A DNA stretch of 64,000 bases, from positions 899 through 64,898 of the forward strand of contig JAZQII010000059.1 in assembly GCA_045541035.1 (NCBI GenBank), in the 5' to 3' direction. The position numbers and the translations under genes are program-made. Under the pieces are notes generated by a model. The model was not told the DNA's origin. It saw only the letters and a list, made by a program, of their open reading frames with translations, and did no database searches. This DNA comes from Clostridia bacterium. GTDB lineage: Bacteria; Bacillota; Clostridia; Christensenellales; QALW01. Positions within the stretch are counted from its first letter, which is position 1. Each line of letters begins with the position of its first letter. Positions 20,808 through 30,250 of this stretch are shown in pieces.

Positions 20808-21806
20808 ATGGCAAATTTTGAAAGTTATTCAAGAAGAATTGATCAGATCAACGTTGTCCTTAAGGAGTATGGCTTTAAGGATCTTGATGAAGCAAAGGAA
20901 TTCGCTCTTAGTAAGGGCGTTGACGCTGAAACAATCGTTAGAGAAACTCAGCCCATCGCATTTGAGAATGCTTGCTGGGCATATACTTTAGGTGCTGCTC
21001 TTGCACTTAAGAAAGGCTGCAAAACTGCTGCTGATGCCGCAAAGGAAATCGGTGTAGCACTTCAGGCTTTCTGTATCCCCGGATCAGTTGCCGATCAGAG
21101 AAAGGTTGGTCTTGGTCACGGTAACCTTGCATCAATGCTTTTATCTGAAGAAACAGAGTGCTTCTGCTTCCTTGCAGGTCACGAAAGCTTTGCTGCTGCT
21201 GAAGGCGCAATTAAGATCGCTCTTAACGCAAACAAGGTTCGTAAAAATCCTCTTCGCGTTATTCTTAACGGTTTAGGTAAGGATGCCGCTTATATCATTT
21301 CAAGAATCAACGGCTTCACTTACGTTGAAACAAAGTATGATTACTATACAGGCGAGCTTGAAACTGTATATGAAAAGGCTTTCTCTGATGGAGACAGAGC
21401 AAAGGTTAAGTGCTACGGCGCTAACGACGTTTCCGAAGGCGTTGCTATTATGAGAAAAGAAAACGTTGGTGTTTCCATTACCGGTAACTCAACTAACCCC
21501 ACACGTTTCCAGCATCCCGTTGCAGGTACCTACAAGAAGTGGGCTATCGAAAACGGTGTTAAGTATTTCTCAGTTGCTTCCGGTGGCGGCACAGGCAGAA
21601 CACTTCACCCCGATAACGCTGCTGCAGGTCCCGCTTCCTACGGTATGACCGATACAATGGGCCGTATGCACGGTGATGCTCAGTTTGCAGGTTCATCTTC
21701 AGTTCCTGCTCACGTTGAGATGATGGGCTTAATCGGCGCAGGTAACAACCCCATGGTTGGTATGTCCGTTGCAGTTGCAGTTGCTTGCGAAGTTGCAATG
21801 AAATAA
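20808..21806 (+). CDS. GGGtGRT family protein (function unknown)
   Basis: SVASGGGTGRTLHPDN signature, FLAGHESFAAAEG and HVEMMGLIG. Confidence 0.92.
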   Translation: MANFESYSRRIDQINVVLKEYGFKDLDEAKEFALSKGVDAETIVRETQPIAFENACWAYTLGAALALKKGCKTAADAAKEIGVALQAFCIPGSVADQRKVGLGHGNLASMLLSEETECFCFLAGHESFAAAEGAIKIALNANKVRKNPLRVILNGLGKDAAYIISRINGFTYVETKYDYYTGELETVYEKAFSDGDRAKVKCYGANDVSEGVAIMRKENVGVSITGNSTNPTRFQHPVAGTYKKWAIENGVKYFSVASGGGTGRTLHPDNAAAGPASYGMTDTMGRMHGDAQFAGSSSVPAHVEMMGLIGAGNNPMVGMSVAVAVACEVAMK

Positions 21807-21840
21807 AAAGTTTTTCAGACCTTTGAATAAATGTGAACTA

Positions 21841-21872
21841 AAAAATACCGCGGATCTTTCCGCGTTATTTTT
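21841..21872. terminator. Bidirectional terminator
   Basis: AAAAATACCGCGGA/TCCGCGTTATTTTT. Confidence 0.7.
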
Positions 21873-21882
21873 GCCTTCTGAT

Positions 21883-23772
21883 TTATTTTTTCTTTTTTAC
21901 TATAACTACAACGATTATACCGATGGCAACGGCTAACACTAATGCACCTGATATAATATAAGTCAAAATATTATTTTGGGGCGTAATTTCGTCATCAATA
22001 GGTTGTGCGGTTGCTTCAGGAGAAGGTGTAATTTCAGTATGCTCGGTTTTTCTGTATTCATCAATTACTGTTTTATATGCATCGATACGCTGAGTATCAA
22101 TCTGTGCCGTACCGTCTTCATTATAAATAACGTTGCCGTTTTCATCGCATTTTACGGTGGGGCAAATCCAACCGCCTTCATCGTGCTCGTTCCAAGCATA
22201 AGTAAGCACCATATTTGCCTTTGAGTTGTTGGAATTATCTTTAACGTAATCAAGGGTAAACTTTAATAATTCACCGATTTCTTCCGGTGAAGCATCAAAA
22301 GTAAACTTGTTGCCGTAAGGCCATTTTGACTTGTCAGGGTTTGTTATATCGCCACCTACCCAGCTAACGGGATTTTTAAGACGGGGACGGATATCATAGC
22401 CCGTTAAAACACAAGGTATAAGACTATAACCGCGAGCATGTGACATTGCGCCGAACTCTTCTGTTTTGCTTCTGCAATAATCGGCAAACTCAACGTATTC
22501 GATACCGCCTGCTTTTTTAGGTTCTATTGCATACCACGAAAATGCTTCCGCTCCATTTTTTATGCTTGCATTATTAAGAATGATATCTTTCGAGCTAATC
22601 ATACCAACTATATAAAGTGCTTCCGTTACGCCGGCTTTGACAGCAGCCTGACGAAGTTCATCAATCATTTTTTGTGTCCACTTGCTATCATATTGATATA
22701 AGAACACAACGGGACGATTATCAATTCTAACGTAACATTCATCCTTCATTGCCTCAAAAAGCTCGTTCATCGTCTTTTTTGAACGAATGGTTTCAAGTAT
22801 GCCACACATCAAAACATCGTTTTTCTTTTCACTTTGCAAATGAAGTTTTCTGGGGTCCGACATAGGATCGGTTGTTTCGTACCAAAGATATGCAAAATAA
22901 TCAAGACCGCCTGCTTTTGCATAGTCAATTTCCTTTTCAATAATCTCCGTTGAATAGCCCGGGAAGGTTACGTTGCCTGCATCATCAATGTCGCTGAAAA
23001 AGGGTGCACGCCAATGAAATTCACTTGGCGAAAGTGCCTTTGCTACTTGTTGTGAAACGTTACTTTTTTTACTGTCGGTTTCAAAGTAGGCATCCCAACG
23101 AATTGCACCGATTAAAGTGTTTTCTTGCTTTGTAATTGCATTGATTTCAGGCAGTTCAATTATTTCCTTTTCAGGTTCTTCAGGCTCCTCAAAGCCAACA
23201 TAGACGTTATCAACGTAAATGACAAGATCTTTACGGATAGTGGGTAAACGGTCAAAGCAAAGCTCCCACTTGCCTTCGGTCCTTTCAATATCCTCATCGG
23301 TTATTTCAAAAGAGAACACACCGTGTGCCCACTCGGATTCGCCTGAAATATTGCCTAAACATATGTATTCGCTATCCTTTTCCATTGCAAAATCAAGATG
23401 CTCTTTCTTGGATCTGATCATAATTTGAACATTAAATGCGTCCTCGCAGAAAATGTCCATAGCAATATAGAGGGTATTTGCTTCCTTTATGAAAGGTTTA
23501 AGATCAATAATACAGCTTTGCCAAGTATTGTTTTTTTCGGTATAGGCGTTGGTATCTACCTGATACTTCATAACCTTGCCTTCACCTTTGGGATTATCAA
23601 CAAAGGAGAGTTCACCTGCCGTAAAAATATTCCAGTTTGTTTCACCGCTTTCAAAAGTGGAATCTGCTTCGGAAAGCAGGTTTGTGTTTTCTTCATTATC
23701 AGCAAAAACGGTAAGATGTACTACGCTAAACAAAAAAATGAATGCAAGTAATAGTGAAACAATTTTTCTCAT
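21883..23772 (-). CDS. Secreted, C-terminally anchored protein: CBM4/9-like domain plus GH99/WbsX-like TIM barrel
   Basis: Signal peptide, Pro/Glu linkers, GAIRWDAYF and YAWNEHDEGGW motifs, TM helix followed by KKKK. Confidence 0.65.
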   Translation of the reverse strand: MRKIVSLLLAFIFLFSVVHLTVFADNEENTNLLSEADSTFESGETNWNIFTAGELSFVDNPKGEGKVMKYQVDTNAYTEKNNTWQSCIIDLKPFIKEANTLYIAMDIFCEDAFNVQIMIRSKKEHLDFAMEKDSEYICLGNISGESEWAHGVFSFEITDEDIERTEGKWELCFDRLPTIRKDLVIYVDNVYVGFEEPEEPEKEIIELPEINAITKQENTLIGAIRWDAYFETDSKKSNVSQQVAKALSPSEFHWRAPFFSDIDDAGNVTFPGYSTEIIEKEIDYAKAGGLDYFAYLWYETTDPMSDPRKLHLQSEKKNDVLMCGILETIRSKKTMNELFEAMKDECYVRIDNRPVVFLYQYDSKWTQKMIDELRQAAVKAGVTEALYIVGMISSKDIILNNASIKNGAEAFSWYAIEPKKAGGIEYVEFADYCRSKTEEFGAMSHARGYSLIPCVLTGYDIRPRLKNPVSWVGGDITNPDKSKWPYGNKFTFDASPEEIGELLKFTLDYVKDNSNNSKANMVLTYAWNEHDEGGWICPTVKCDENGNVIYNEDGTAQIDTQRIDAYKTVIDEYRKTEHTEITPSPEATAQPIDDEITPQNNILTYIISGALVLAVAIGIIVVVIVKKKK

Positions 23773-23813
23773 ACATAGTCTCCTTAATGGTTAATTATTT
23801 TTTACCGTCAAAC

Positions 23814-25268
23814 TTAAGATAGGTCGTTTTTATATTCCTTTATTGCCTTTTTTATAGCATCAAGATGGCTTCTGTCCATAACGTTATTGCCATTTTCATC
23901 AGTAACGGTGTTTCCGTTTTCGTCAACGGTTAAGGTGGGACAGCACCAGCCACCCTCATCATGCTCATTCCAAGCGTACATAAGCACGGCGGGAACGTTT
24001 TTTGCACCATTTAAGGTGGTTTTTGCGTGCATATAGATTTCTTCACTTGTGCCTGTATAGGCAAAGTTTTTGCCACTCATCCACGATACAGGATTTAATG
24101 CGCGAGGTCTAAAATCAAGACCGCAGATAATTAGAGGCACGGTGTCAAGGATATCCTTTGAACTGTGAAACATTACGTTGCGATTTTCAACCTTTTTAAC
24201 AAGCTGTTTATATGACCAGCCTTCAGCACGAGGAAAGTAACTGTATGATGAAATTGCTTGATATCCCCTTAAACCAAATGTAAAAGCATCAGCGACGGAA
24301 TCTCCCAAAGCAATAAAGTATGGGCTTGGATTTCCCTTTTCCATAATACGCGTTCTAATAAGGTCAATATAATCTTTATTAAATTTCATAGCGTAACAAA
24401 CGAATATGGCAGGGCGGTTAAGAATTTTTAAATAAAAATCTTCCTTACAGGTCAAGGCAAGCTCATCAATGCTGTCATCGTTAAGATAAGTAACGCCTAT
24501 TATGGCGCACATTTTAATTTTATCGCGCCAAATAGATTTGGTATGCTGTCTTCTTGCATAGCACATAGGATCGTTATTCCCGTACCAGCAATATGCAAAA
24601 TAATCAATACCCGCGTCAACGGCAAGCTCACATTCCTTATCAAACTGCTCTTGAGTGGGCTCTGAAAAAATAAGCTTATCTTTATCAACTGCCTTTGCAA
24701 AGAAGGGCGCGTGGCTATGGAACATATTGGGTGAAAGTGTTTTTGATACCTGCCTTGAAACGTTGCTTAACGTATTTTCAACTGAAAAATATGCATCCCA
24801 ACGAATGGCGCCTATGGGGCACTTATCAGGAAAAGAATTATTTTCCTTTTCAAAAGGCAAGTGTTCCTCATCCTTTATTATGTAAGAGGAAAGAAAATAA
24901 TCGTCAAAAGGCTCGTTTGCATTTTGAACGATATAGGATATAACCTCTTTGATTTCAAGTTTATCCCACAAATTGAGAGTTGCGGTTACTTGAGTATATT
25001 TATCGGGCGTAATTACAGCCATTTCACCATGAATATAGGAGACGTCTTCTTCACCATTTAGCATGTAAGTAATCTTAAAATATGCAGTAAGATGAATTAC
25101 TTCCTTTTTGCTTTTTATTAAGTATTCAACGGTATAATCGTTTTTACCATCAAGCCTTACTGCAGGCGAGCTGTAACTAAATTTACGGTCTGTAACAGTC
25201 AGTGTATCGTCAACCACTTTTAAGGTTGCTTCGCCTTCTGAAAAAATGTTTAAGTTTTTAAAAAACAT
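23814..25268 (-). CDS. Cytoplasmic paralogue of the GH99/WbsX-like protein
   Basis: Shares GAIRWDAYF, DYFAY.WY, RPR..NPVSW and YAWNEHDEGGW.CPT; no signal peptide. Confidence 0.65.
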   Translation of the reverse strand: MFFKNLNIFSEGEATLKVVDDTLTVTDRKFSYSSPAVRLDGKNDYTVEYLIKSKKEVIHLTAYFKITYMLNGEEDVSYIHGEMAVITPDKYTQVTATLNLWDKLEIKEVISYIVQNANEPFDDYFLSSYIIKDEEHLPFEKENNSFPDKCPIGAIRWDAYFSVENTLSNVSRQVSKTLSPNMFHSHAPFFAKAVDKDKLIFSEPTQEQFDKECELAVDAGIDYFAYCWYGNNDPMCYARRQHTKSIWRDKIKMCAIIGVTYLNDDSIDELALTCKEDFYLKILNRPAIFVCYAMKFNKDYIDLIRTRIMEKGNPSPYFIALGDSVADAFTFGLRGYQAISSYSYFPRAEGWSYKQLVKKVENRNVMFHSSKDILDTVPLIICGLDFRPRALNPVSWMSGKNFAYTGTSEEIYMHAKTTLNGAKNVPAVLMYAWNEHDEGGWCCPTLTVDENGNTVTDENGNNVMDRSHLDAIKKAIKEYKNDLS

Positions 25269-25430
25269 AATGGCATACCTCTAATTTTTTAATTGTATGA
25301 TAAAACAGCCGATAACGTCATTCAAGACAAATATTAGTTTCCGGCATATTTTTATACAGTCGTGGGTGATAATGTAGCTAAGGAAGCAGAAGGTTTTATC
25401 GGGTGCTCTTTGTCTCGTTAAAAACTACTG

Positions 25431-26378
25431 CTAAATTTTATTAAATATATCGTGGCAAGGCCTTATGTTGAAATCGCGGTCTAAAAATGCCATATATAGA
25501 CCTTTTTCCAAATAACTCTCCTCAATAGGATGTAAATCGGCAACAGGAGAAGTTATAAGCCCTTGAACCAGATATCCTACACCGTGTTTTTTGTATACGG
25601 AAAGTTCGCTTTCCAAATAAGGTTTTCTTTCTTCTGCTGTAGGAGCTGCCCAGCAACATTCGGTAATGATTATTGGCTTGTCAAACTGCACCAAATAATC
25701 AAGAATTTTGCAAAAATCTTTTTCAAATTCTTCCACAGGTTTATTCTTCTGATTGTACGGATGAAGCGTAATTACATCCTCATAAGGTGCTAAAGCGTCA
25801 ATGTCGCACAAGTCTTTGTTGTCACTGAGGTAACTTTGAGATCCGATTGTTATTGGTCTTGAGTCGATTTTCCTAAGTTCTTCTGTCATACGAAGCAAAA
25901 AGTCTGTAACCTTATCAAAATATACCTTATGAACGAAAGCATTGTTGTATGGCTCGTTTGCGATGTCGTGCATTAGTATCTTTGAGTCTTTTATTGCTTC
26001 AACTGTTTCGCGGAGGCACTTAATATATGCAGGTCTTTTGCTTTCTTCGATGTTTTCCATTGTAAACGCGCCAAAGCAAGGCATTCCAACCCATCCGTTA
26101 AAGTACGTAGGAATAATGTAAATATCTTCTTTTGTGAGAATATCACATGCTTTTTTAACGTTTTCAAGATATGTAACTCTGTCCTCCATATACGCTTCAA
26201 AGGACAACCAAATTCTTAAGGTATTCATAGACGGAAAACGTTCTTTGCCAATCTTAATAAACATTTCGTAACGTTCCGCGTCAAAGTTGAGCCATATCTG
26301 AGTGCCTGTCCTGCCCCAGTCGGGCTGAATATTAAATCCTTTTACAAATGAATATTTTTCGGTAATTTTTTTATACAT
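25431..26378 (-). CDS. Clan GH-A (GH5-like) glycoside hydrolase
   Basis: NTLRIW, DIANEP (acid/base), TLHPY and IITEC (nucleophile); no signal peptide. Confidence 0.7.
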   Translation of the reverse strand: MYKKITEKYSFVKGFNIQPDWGRTGTQIWLNFDAERYEMFIKIGKERFPSMNTLRIWLSFEAYMEDRVTYLENVKKACDILTKEDIYIIPTYFNGWVGMPCFGAFTMENIEESKRPAYIKCLRETVEAIKDSKILMHDIANEPYNNAFVHKVYFDKVTDFLLRMTEELRKIDSRPITIGSQSYLSDNKDLCDIDALAPYEDVITLHPYNQKNKPVEEFEKDFCKILDYLVQFDKPIIITECCWAAPTAEERKPYLESELSVYKKHGVGYLVQGLITSPVADLHPIEESYLEKGLYMAFLDRDFNIRPCHDIFNKI

Positions 26379-26393
26379 ATTTTTACTCCTTTA

Positions 26394-26939
26394 TCAACCC
26401 TTGCTTCTGTCAAAGATTTCTGCATCTGCTAAAGGTCCCGTTGAAATTTTTCTCGGTTCTTCACACCATACTTTATCGTTCATCATATAGTTTTCTGCTT
26501 CTTTGATAAGCTCTAATGAACCGTCATGGAACAAACCGTCATATTCAGTATTAAGGAAAGTTTCCAAAATGTCAATGGCTTCCCACTCACCGATTATTTT
26601 TCCGCCCATACAAAGAATGTTAGCATCATTATGTCTGCGTGTCATTCTTGCCAAATACGTACTGTTAACAAGTGCCGCACGAACTCCTTTGAATTTATTT
26701 GCCGCAATCGAAATACCGATACCTGAACCGCAAATTAAAAGTCCGCATCTTGCTTCACCGCTTGCTACGGCTTTTGCAACCTTTGCAGCAAAGAATGGAT
26801 ATCTTGTTGTTTCAATATCAGGGTCGTCATCAGAGCCGCAATCAACGTAAGGAATGCCTTTGCCCTCTAAATATTCAATACACTTTGATTTCAAATAATA
26901 TCCTGCTGTGTCGTTTCCTATATAAACTTTCTTTTCCAT
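26394..26939 (-). CDS. rpiB: RpiB/LacAB family sugar isomerase (variant)
   Basis: LICGSGIGISIAANK and TRRHNDANIL motifs; phosphate-binding positions are atypical (see findings). Confidence 0.8.
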   Translation of the reverse strand: MEKKVYIGNDTAGYYLKSKCIEYLEGKGIPYVDCGSDDDPDIETTRYPFFAAKVAKAVASGEARCGLLICGSGIGISIAANKFKGVRAALVNSTYLARMTRRHNDANILCMGGKIIGEWEAIDILETFLNTEYDGLFHDGSLELIKEAENYMMNDKVWCEEPRKISTGPLADAEIFDRSKG

Positions 26940-26941
26940 AA

Positions 26942-27376
26942 TTATTTCACCTCTTTAATTACACCTTTTTTAAGAATTATACAACCGTAAAGTGCTGTTT
27001 CGCCTGTCATAACAACCGCATAAGCTTTCTTTGCTCTTTCATAAAAGGCAAAGCGTTCAATTTGTTCAATTTTTTCATCTGTATGCTCTTTTATAATTTT
27101 ATCAAAAACATCCCAGATGGGGGTTTCTACATTATCTCCGGGAATTTTTTGAATAATAAATGCAGGCTTTGCGTATGTGTCCAACGGCATAAGCTTTAAA
27201 ATTGCTTCCATTACTTCGGGTACGCCGTGTCCATCGCAACGCACACATCTTGCGTTCATACTCTGACCCGGGAAATTTCCGTCGCCTATTACTATCTCAT
27301 CTCCATGTCCCATTTCCATTAAGATTTTTAAAAGCTCCGGTGAAATAATACTTGGTATTCCTTTTAGCATAACCAC
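26942..27376 (-). CDS. fucU: FucU/RbsD family sugar mutarotase
   Basis: MGHGDEIVIGDGNFP, ERFAFYE and YAVVMTGE..YGCIILKKGVI motifs. Confidence 0.88.
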   Translation of the reverse strand: MVMLKGIPSIISPELLKILMEMGHGDEIVIGDGNFPGQSMNARCVRCDGHGVPEVMEAILKLMPLDTYAKPAFIIQKIPGDNVETPIWDVFDKIIKEHTDEKIEQIERFAFYERAKKAYAVVMTGETALYGCIILKKGVIKEVK

Positions 27377-27432
27377 ACCTCCTTTTTTGATATTGTTAAC
27401 TTAATCATATCAAAAAGAGGTTTTAATGTGAA

Positions 27433-27461
27433 TTGACAAAAAAGCACCTTTTCAGTATAAT
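27433..27461 (+). promoter_or_regulatory. SigA promoter of the AraC gene
   Basis: TTGACA-17 bp-TATAAT. Confidence 0.7.
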
Positions 27462-27495
27462 GATGTAAAATAACGCAAAAAACGCAGGTGATAAT

Positions 27496-28311
27496 ATGGG
27501 TAATATTTTTAACTTAAATGCTAACAGGCGAATTATAATCGCGAGTCATAACGTATTTATATCACCTGTCAAACATCCGTCAAGGACACTGAATGAGCAT
27601 ATTATATCGTATGTTTTAAAAGGCAGTTGGAAGTTGGACATAGGTGGCGAAATTATAAATGCAGAAAAAGACTATGTATTTATACAACCTGCTGAAATTG
27701 CGCACATTGGACTCAAGGACTGTCCTGCGGGTACACATACTATGTTCGTGCATTTTTCTGTTGCGCCGGGTGATAAACATATAAATACACAGTCATACAA
27801 AACCGATGAAAGTTGTATATACATAAACACTATTGTAGAGACAAAGAACAATCCCGAAATCAAAAAAACGCTTGTAAAAACTATAGAAGAACACGCAAAA
27901 GGTAATGATTTAAAGGCTTCATCTTATTTAAACATACTTTTATGCGAGCTTTCAGAAAGCACTATATCCGATAAGTCAAAATATGCATTGGTATCCAATG
28001 TTAAAAAGATACTCACCACATCGGTCCATAAAAACTTTTCAAATAAAGAAATTGCGCAGATGTTGAACGTGGGTGTAAGAACGGTAGAAACAACCTTTAA
28101 AGAGTGTTGCGGTATGACTATACATCAATATCAGCTGATACAGAAAGTCGAGAGCGCAAAATTCTGCCTTGAATACTATCCACAGATGAAAATAATAGAT
28201 ATTTCATTTAGTTTGGGCTTTTACGATGAATATCACTTCAGCCGACAATTTAAAAAGTTGACCGGATTATCGCCTACGGAATATAGAAAAATGTACTTAT
28301 GTCAAAAATAG
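27496..28311 (+). CDS. AraC-family regulator
   Basis: N-terminal cupin; C-terminal LGFYDEYHFSRQFKKLTGLSPTEYR. Confidence 0.92.
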   Translation: MGNIFNLNANRRIIIASHNVFISPVKHPSRTLNEHIISYVLKGSWKLDIGGEIINAEKDYVFIQPAEIAHIGLKDCPAGTHTMFVHFSVAPGDKHINTQSYKTDESCIYINTIVETKNNPEIKKTLVKTIEEHAKGNDLKASSYLNILLCELSESTISDKSKYALVSNVKKILTTSVHKNFSNKEIAQMLNVGVRTVETTFKECCGMTIHQYQLIQKVESAKFCLEYYPQMKIIDISFSLGFYDEYHFSRQFKKLTGLSPTEYRKMYLCQK

Positions 28312-28505
28312 AAACATACATCGTGTAATCAAATGATCTTCGACACGCTATACAGAACAGTGAATTTGAATTTAATATAAAAAGCAGTTGCAGTTGCTTG
28401 GGTCGTTGCAATGAAGGGCTAAGATTTTGCAAGGCTTTTAAGACTTTTGCGTTTTATTTGATGATTGTAAAATCCAAAAAACATAAATTTTAATGTAAAA
28501 AAGTT

Positions 28506-28582
28506 GGACACATTATTTTAGGTTTTTCCTAAACGATGTGTTCAATATTTTTTGTAATTTGAAAAGAGTTTCACAATGAAAA
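28506..28582 (+). repeat. 77-bp direct repeat, copy 1 (starts with a 38-bp hairpin)
   Basis: 75/77 identical to 30035-30111. Confidence 0.9.
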
Positions 28583-28691
28583 CAATAAATTTAGTGTTGA
28601 AATAAAAAAAAGAATATGTTATAATAATTTAAAAATTTTAACTTTTGTATAGTTCGTTTTGAAATTTTTGATGCATTTCTGGAGGGAAAAA

Positions 28692-29984
28692 ATGAATTTT
28701 TTTAAAAATCTTACTGTGAAATATGAAACCGATGTCTTTGTTGCCGGTGGTGGTGCGGCGGGTATTGCAGCAAGCGTAGCGGCGGCACGGTGCGGAAAAA
28801 AGGTATTCCTTGCAGAGTCAACGGGGTGCTTCGGTGGATTGGGTACTTCGGGTATGGTTCCTGCTTTTGCACCTTTTGATGACGGCATAAACGTTCTTGC
28901 AAGTGGTATTGGATACGAAATAAGAAAAAATGTATCAAAGCATTCTTCCCTTGATTCTTATTGGACGACTATAAATGCAGAAGAGCTAAAAAGGGAGTAC
29001 GATAGAATAATCACCGAAGCAGGAGTTGATTTTTCCTTTTTTACAACGGTCTACGACGTTGTAACTGTCGATAATAAAATTGAAGCGGTTATTCTTGGCG
29101 CGAAAAGCGGTCTGTTTTCTGTGAAGGCAAAGGTTTATATTGATTGTACCGGCGATGGTGATTTGTGCGCATATGCAGGTGCGAATTTTCAAAAGGGCGA
29201 TGAAAATGGTGTAGTTATGCCGCAGACTCTTTGCAGTCTTTGGACAAATATTGATAAGAGTAAGGTAAAGCATGCACCAAACGCTTTTGTTGAAAAAGCA
29301 TATAAAGACGGAGTGCTTTCCAATGAGGACAGACATATTCCTGGTTTTTTTTATGACGTAAAGGGAATCGGTAGAGGAAATATCGGGCATACCTTTGATG
29401 TTGACCCTACGGATGAAAAATCATTGTCAGGTGCGATGATAAAGGGAAGAAAAATGATGCTTGAATACGAAAAATATTTTAAAACGTATTTTGAGGGTTA
29501 TGAAGATATGGAACTTCTTGCAACAGCATCGATTTTAGGCGTAAGGGAATCTCGCAGAATTACTTGTGATTATATGCTTAATGTGGATGATTTTATCAAC
29601 AGAAGTGTTTTTGATGATGAAATCGGGCGATATTGTTATCCCGTTGATATTCACGTTAAGAATACAGATAAGAAAGAATATGAGCGCTTTGAAAAAGAAT
29701 ATAACGAAAGCTTAAAATACAAAAAAGGTGAATCTTACGGTATTCCGTACAGATGCCTGATTCCTGTTTCATTATCAAATGCTTTGGTGGCGGGGCGGTG
29801 TATTGGTACCGATCAAAAAATGCAGGCATCAATCCGAGTTATGCCGGGGTGTTTTATTACGGGACAAGCGGCAGGAATTGCTGCAGCACTTGCTTGTGAA
29901 AATGCAAACGTGCGTAGTATAGATATAAAGGAATTACAAACAAAATTAAAAGAACTTGGCGCCTATTTACCAAATGCAAAATGA
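28692..29984 (+). CDS. FAD-dependent oxidoreductase (FAD_oxidored / PF12831-like)
   Basis: VAGGGAAG, FIDCTGDGD-like, GVRESRRI, YPVDIH, YGIPYRCL and CFITGQAAG motifs. Own promoter TTGAAA(28597)-17-TATAAT(28620). Confidence 0.88.
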   Translation: MNFFKNLTVKYETDVFVAGGGAAGIAASVAAARCGKKVFLAESTGCFGGLGTSGMVPAFAPFDDGINVLASGIGYEIRKNVSKHSSLDSYWTTINAEELKREYDRIITEAGVDFSFFTTVYDVVTVDNKIEAVILGAKSGLFSVKAKVYIDCTGDGDLCAYAGANFQKGDENGVVMPQTLCSLWTNIDKSKVKHAPNAFVEKAYKDGVLSNEDRHIPGFFYDVKGIGRGNIGHTFDVDPTDEKSLSGAMIKGRKMMLEYEKYFKTYFEGYEDMELLATASILGVRESRRITCDYMLNVDDFINRSVFDDEIGRYCYPVDIHVKNTDKKEYERFEKEYNESLKYKKGESYGIPYRCLIPVSLSNALVAGRCIGTDQKMQASIRVMPGCFITGQAAGIAAALACENANVRSIDIKELQTKLKELGAYLPNAK

Positions 29985-30034
29985 GAATATTGGTAAATGA
30001 ATTAACCTCTTGCATAATTTTAATATAAAAAAGC

Positions 30035-30111
30035 GGACACATTATTTTAGGTTTTTCCTAAACGATGTGTCCAATATTTTTTGTAATTTGAAAAGAGTTT
30101 TACAATGAAAA
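30035..30111 (+). repeat. 77-bp direct repeat, copy 2
   Basis: GGACACATTATTTTAGGTTTTTCCTAAACGATGTGTCC hairpin plus 39-bp tail. Confidence 0.9.
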
Positions 30112-30250
30112 AAATGAAAGTAACAAAAACTATTACGTTTGAAGATACTTACAATAAGTATCTATAATGTTGCTAAAAAATTATAGACAAATAACGGTGA
30201 AAAGTGATATAATATATAAGAAATATTTTTAGGAGGATGTTGATCTTAAA

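Noticed and set aside
25270-25430. Possible riboswitch or ncRNA between the GH5-like and GH99-like genes
   Set aside because: No stable hairpin set or known consensus found by eye; would need an Rfam scan.
28312-28480. Possible sRNA or IS remnant after the AraC gene
   Set aside because: Only weak imperfect stems and a short echo (TAATATAAAAAGC) of the repeat's upstream flank; no ORF or terminal repeats.
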